Shown piece by piece: positions 20,530-25,961 of a stretch of 25,961 nucleotides of DNA. Source of the DNA: Octopus sinensis (Eukaryota); the NCBI RefSeq assembly GCF_006345805.1, contig NW_021835620.1, positions 1 to 25,961 of the forward strand, read 5' to 3'. The translations under genes were made by a program, and so were the position numbers. How positions within the stretch are numbered: the stretch's first letter is position 1; each line of letters begins with the position of its first letter. The notes under the pieces are model-generated. The model saw only the letters and a program-made list of their open reading frames with translations. It did not search any database and was not told the origin of the DNA.

Positions 20530-20738
20530 CTAGAATTGGTAAGAATAAATCAATTAAAAAAGAAGATATTAAGCAAAATTATATATGAAATAACGGAAAC
20601 ATTCATTACAATTTGACCCTTAAAAGAAGTCATGTTTAGTCGCGTGTGAAGGAATTGTGGTGTATATATGTTAGCGTTTATGTGAGTGTAAGAAGTGTCG
20701 CTGTATGCATGGGATCATAGCTGTGCATTTGCATTCTC

Positions 20739-20778
<40 letters not shown>

Positions 20779-21150
20779 GAGAATGCAAATGCACAGCTAT
20801 GATCCCATGCATACAGCGACACTTCTTACACTCACATAAACGAAAACATATATACACCACAATTCCTTCACACGCGACTAAACATGACTTCTTTTAAGGG
20901 TCAAATTGTAATGAATGTTCCGTTATTTCATATATAATTTTGTAATATCTTCTTTTTTTTAATTGATTTATTCTTACCAATTTCGGTGTGGTTGGTGGAC
21001 AATTTTATGACCACACAGGTGGCGGTAGTAATCTCTTGTGTTTACCTAACGATCCAATTGGGCCAATTATACGACTGAAGTTGAAAAAAGTGGTTACATT
21101 TATGGCAGTGAATATCAATTAGGCTACTACTCAAATAAACTCTTTTCTTT
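20364..21150. repeat. 787-bp near-perfect palindrome with (AT)17 centre and no unique spacer
   Basis: 20364-20741 is the reverse complement of 20776-21150, with about six mostly indel mismatches. The centre 20742-20775 is self-complementary. Confidence 0.97.
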
Positions 21151-21481
21151 TGCTAACGCTAAATCACTTCATGATCACAACGTTCCGTGCGCTGTCTGTT
21201 TGACACGACAACCTGCTGTTGTTATGATGTTACCAGCCAGGACAAAATGTTACCCTGGTTGGACAGCTGAGTATTCAGGATATTTGATGGCCGAACATTA
21301 TAATAGTAAGGGCAGACATGAATATGTGTGTGTGGACTATGCACCAGAAGCTGATCCAGCAGGTTACAGAAACGAAGATGGAGCTGTTTTATATTTCGTT
21401 CAGGCTGCTTGTGGTTCATTGCCATGTCCACCGTATATCAATGGTCAAGAATTAACCTGCGTTGTGTGCAGTAAATATTGA
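20986..21481 (+). CDS. Terminal exon copy A4 of the short-chain collagen C4-like gene; apparent acceptor loss (tttcg) and 1-bp deletion at ~21059
   Basis: Same motifs as A1. Both defects are absent from its mirror arm A3 (ttctag; aatttgg), which suggests consensus error or very recent mutation. Confidence 0.85.
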
Positions 21482-21591
21482 ACAGAAATTAAATTCGGTT
21501 CCATATGAAAATATCTCTGTGAATTACAATAAATAACATAAAGTATTAATTGTGTTACCTAATACTTTCTTTAAAGTAAGTCTATCGTTAC

Positions 21592-21597
21592 AATAAA
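21592..21597 (+). terminator. Polyadenylation signal downstream of A4
   Basis: AATAAA at the position orthologous to 709-714. Confidence 0.45.
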
Positions 21598-22971
21598 CTG
21601 TTGTACTAGTTTACAGAAGATATTCAAACAATACAAAAGAGGCAACGTAGAATGCCAGAAATATCCTCAAAAACAAGAAAAATCTAAATCTGTCGGAATG
21701 ATTCTAGAAAACATTTTGTAAGATTTCAGTTTATCAAACTTATCGTTGAAATAAAATGTTATTTTGTTTAACAGTATTTTGTCTTCTGTCTCATGATTCA
21801 ACAAACCCCAAATAAAGTACCACCATAGAATTATATCAGCTTTTCATGCCCAGCCTTAGACAATCTAATACTCGACGCTACTATCTCAGACATCTTGGTT
21901 TTCAAATTACAACTCGGATTCTGACAAGGAGCCATGAACCGCTACATTACTTAGCACAGAACTTAACTGATTCTTTCAACAACAACCAGATACTTCCACA
22001 CAATCCATTCTATTTGACGTTATTAATCAGGAAAGCTCTCCGTTCCATTCCTACCCCATTCTTATAAAACCTATTTATCGTCTACTTTAGAAAATATCAC
22101 AAAATGTTCAATTAAAGCTTTCTGAGAATGTGGAATTTACACGATCAATCCTTCAAAAGACAGTATAAATGAGTATTGGTCCTGCCAACTATCTCTATAT
22201 CACAAAATTCCCACACCTCTTCAAAATAAGATACAAAACGAAACTCGATGCCCATAAACATACACGTCATACACTAAATGCTGATATACAAGAATAAGAA
22301 ATGAAATCAACCAGAAAAATTGCCTCATTTCGAAGAAGAGAACATCAAATACGACGATTTCTTTCACTCATCTACGTAAACATACCAGAACCGAAGAAAG
22401 GGAGGATCCTAGAAGCTGAATACATTTAATGCAAAACGAATACAACACCAAATAAGTGAGAGTAAAGAGAGCAATATAGTCAGGGCAATCACGGATGTTG
22501 TGTGTGAGAAGGAAGGAGATGTTGTGACCGTCACGTTATATCCAATAGGATTCATGACAGTATGTGGAGTGTGTCGAATATTTGTTAGATAAACGAGGTT
22601 TCGGTTAACAACATCAAGCTGCAATAAAGATAAAGATTATTAATGTTTACTATCCCACTATTATTAGTCTAATGGGTAAATCTGCATGCGCTTCTCCAGA
22701 TTACAAATATTTTCCTGGTTGTAAATCGTAAACAATTGCAGAGAATACGGACGCTGGTAGATCTTCAAATTCATCTTTGATTCAGCGGCATAATTAGACA
22801 GTTAAAACGACCGCCATGTGTTTAAGCTGTACAAGAGCATGCGCAGCTGCATATCCAACCCGCCATTACAAAAGGAAAAATATGGACTTTGTTGAAATCT
22901 GACATGGCTGTAAGATTTATTTTGTAGCTTATTTCGAATTAACCTTATTTCGAGGGCCAAACCGAGAGTGT

Positions 22972-22973
22972 AC

Positions 22974-23016
<43 letters not shown>

Positions 23017-23116
23017 GCACACACACACACGCACACACACCACCGCACCCACAAACACACACACACACACACACACAGATACAAACACACACAGACACAC
23101 ACACAAACACACACAT
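22972..23116. repeat. (CA)n microsatellite
   Basis: Seen directly. Confidence 0.97.
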
Positions 23117-23477
23117 ACATATAAATATATATATTATATATTAAATTAGGTAAAACTATATCTGAGGGGTCTAATAATATGCTTCATCTAAGAAATTTAA
23201 TCATAACTATGGAATTCCTCCGCCGTACATATGCAGTCCATACGGAAGGTGCACTTGCGAATTGAGTTTCAATGGGAGACACTGTACCTGTATGTTTTGC
23301 TATGATTTTAAAACAAGAAGAAACATATTCAAGCTAGTGATAATGACTAGCTAAAAATATGTATGAATGTCATTATTCGTTTTTAATAGAATATTTCTGG
23401 TCACAGAAGAGAGAACGGCTTCTAACTTAGTTCCAAGTATCTTTCATTGGAATTTCAACAACATGAACAGGATATTT

Positions 23478-23520
23478 TTGTATGTATGTCTGTATGTATG
23501 TAGGCATGCATGTATGCATG

Positions 23521-23554
<34 letters not shown>

Positions 23555-23843
23555 TGTATGTATGTATGTATGGTATGCTGAAGTAGTGTATGTATGTATG
23601 TATGTATGCATGTATGTAAGTAGGTATGCATGTATGTATGTATGTATGCATGTATGTATGTATGCATGTATGTAGTATATATATGCATGAATGTATGTAT
23701 GTATGTATGTATGGTATGCATGTATGTAAGTAGGTATGCATGTATGTATGTATGTATGCATGTATGACTGTATGCATGTATGTATTATATATGCATGAAT
23801 GTATGTATGATGTATGCATGTATGCATGTATGTATGCATGATG

Positions 23844-23874
<31 letters not shown>

Positions 23875-23911
23875 GTATGTATGTATGTATGCATGTATAA
23901 ATGTTTGTATG

Positions 23912-23942
<31 letters not shown>

Positions 23943-24023
23943 GTATGTATGTATGTATGCATGTATGAATGTTGTATGTATGTATGTATGTATTATATTT
24001 ATAATGAATGCATGTATGTATGT
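23478..24023. repeat. Degenerate (TATG)n array
   Basis: Seen directly. Confidence 0.96.
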
Positions 24024-24572
24024 CAGGTCACTTTCGAGTGCTACTGGTGACATGTAACCCAGTACACCCTGTTGCATTGTCGGGTCGTCGGCGACTAAGC
24101 CGGCAACCCCACCAGCTTGTTGGTGAGGAGGGAGTTTATTGGACACCTGCGGGATGAAAAACAAAACCCGTCAAAGAGCGGAGGAACTCTTGAGAATCAA
24201 CGGCCATCCAATATATGTCTTAAGGCTGTATCATTCGCGGGGACATAGAAATAATCGGACTGAATACCCGATCGCTCGGTTAAACCATTGGGATTGAAGG
24301 ACTCCTACACTTTGTTAGGGATCCTTCTAGGAGAAGGTAAGCAGGTAACTGGGATAAACTCGGACATAAAACCTGCGGCTCAGTGGTTACCGATGATGTA
24401 GACTTGTTCTTCTTTCGGATTATAGCTGCTGTTGCTTAGTGACTGGGATTGAACACAGTGCACAGCCTTTCCTCACTATAAAAAAAATCTTCATGCACAG
24501 GCATTGCAAGATAACAACATTGATTAAGCTTCGTGCAATGCCCATACTCGATAACGAGGGGGCAGCCACCAA
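24024..24572 (+). mobile_element. Element R2 (copy of 2858-3411)
   Basis: Aligns end to end with R1. Confidence 0.6.
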
Positions 24573-25183
24573 GTATGTTGTATGTATGTTGGATGGATGG
24601 ATGGATGTAAGTATGTATGCATGTATGTATGTATGTAAGTATGTTTGTATATATATGTATGTGTATATGTGGTCTATCATATATACATGCTTATATTCAA
24701 ACCACATGCAGTATACATGTATACATACATGTATGTATGTATACATATATGCATGCATGTATATATGTAAGTATAAAAGTATGTATGGTGTTTATGTATG
24801 TATGTATGTATTGTATGTATGTATGTGTGTGTGTGTATGTATGGTTGTATGTATGTATGTGTGTATGTATGCGTGTATGTATGTATATATGTGTGGTGTA
24901 TTATATATGTATGAATGAGGGTATGTATGTATGTATGTATGTATATATGTATGTATTTAAGTATGTGTGTATGTATGTATATATGATGTATGTATGGGGG
25001 GTATGTATGTATATATGTATGTATGGGGTATGTTGTATGTATGTATGTATGTATGTATGTATGTAGATGTATGTATGTTGTATGTATGTTGTATGTATGC
25101 TGTATGTATTATATATGTATGTATGTATATATGTATGTATGAATGTATGGTATAATGTATGTATGTATGCATGTATGGTAGTT
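24573..25183. repeat. Degenerate (TATG)n array between R2 and R3
   Basis: Seen directly. Confidence 0.95.
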
Positions 25184-25733
25184 CAGGTCACTTTCGAGTG
25201 CACTGGTAACATGTAACCCAGTACAAACCTGTTGCATTGTCGGGTCGTCGGCGACTAAGCCGGCAACCCCACCAGCTTGCTTGGTGAGGAGGGAGTTTAT
25301 TGGACACCTGCGGGATGAAAACAAAACCCGTCAAAGAGCGGAGGATCTCTTGAGAATCAACGGCCATCCAATATATGTCTTAAGGCTGATCATGCGCGGG
25401 GACATAGAACAGTAATCGGACTGAATACCCGATCGCGCGGTTTTAAACCATTGGGAGTGAAGGACTCCTGGACTTTCTAGGGCATCCTTCTAGGAGAAGG
25501 TAACTCAGGTAACTGGGATAACTCCGATATAAAACCTGCGGCTCAGTGGTTACCGATGATGTTGACTTGTTTTTTTTCGGATTATGGCTGGTGTTGCTTA
25601 GTGAGTGGGATTGACTCAGTGCACAGCCTTTCCTCGCTTTCAAAAAAAACTTCATGCACAGGCATAGCACGATAAAAACATTGATTAAGCTTCGTGCAAT
25701 GGCCCTACTCGATAACGAGGGGGCAGCCACCAA
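25184..25733 (+). mobile_element. Element R3 (tandem copy, period ~1160 bp)
   Basis: Aligns end to end with R1 and R2; followed by (TATG)n to the window end. Confidence 0.6.
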
Positions 25734-25961
25734 GTATGTATGTATGTATGTATGGATGGATGGATGGATGGATGTAAGTCTGTGTGTATGTATGTACGTA
25801 TGTATGTATGTATGTATGTATGTATGTATGTATGTATGTATGTATGTATGGTATATATGGTCTATCGATATATACATCTTATATTCATGCATACATGCAT
25901 GCATACATGTATACATACATAAATGTATGTATGCAGATATGCATGCATGTATGTAGTATGT

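Overview
This is AT-rich, microsatellite-dense eukaryotic (metazoan) genomic DNA. The SINE families and the (TATG)n/(CA)n/(TA)n load look octopus/coleoid-like, which is my inference. Almost all ORFs in the track are microsatellite translations. The real coding content is a fragmented cluster of short-chain collagen C4-like (spongin-related NC1-like C-terminal domain) genes. It has four copies of the terminal exon: 100-598 (+), 18675-19174 (-), a truncated 20364-20529 (-) and 20986-21481 (+). It has one penultimate exon (12569-12643, -, YTRWGRTTC motif) that the ORF track misses, and a likely first exon with a signal anchor (4593-4736, +). These exons sit in nested rearrangements: a ~21-kb-period direct repeat, a ~5-kb-arm interrupted inverted repeat (6655-11844 / 12974-17786), an 8.19-kb circularly permuted two-exon module bounded by ~330-bp direct repeats, and a 787-bp spacer-less palindrome centred on (AT)17. 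TE relics include an RTE LINE (EN+RT motifs), a Helitron (Rep N-terminal motifs, 3' hairpin-CTAG), a Penelope-like terminal repeat with a minimal hammerhead-like motif, tRNA-derived SINEs, and a 550-bp RTE-like non-autonomous element with a twister-like motif order. Many 1-bp homopolymer deletions suggest long-read consensus error, so some frameshifts, and possibly the palindrome, may be artefacts. All identities are by-eye counts.
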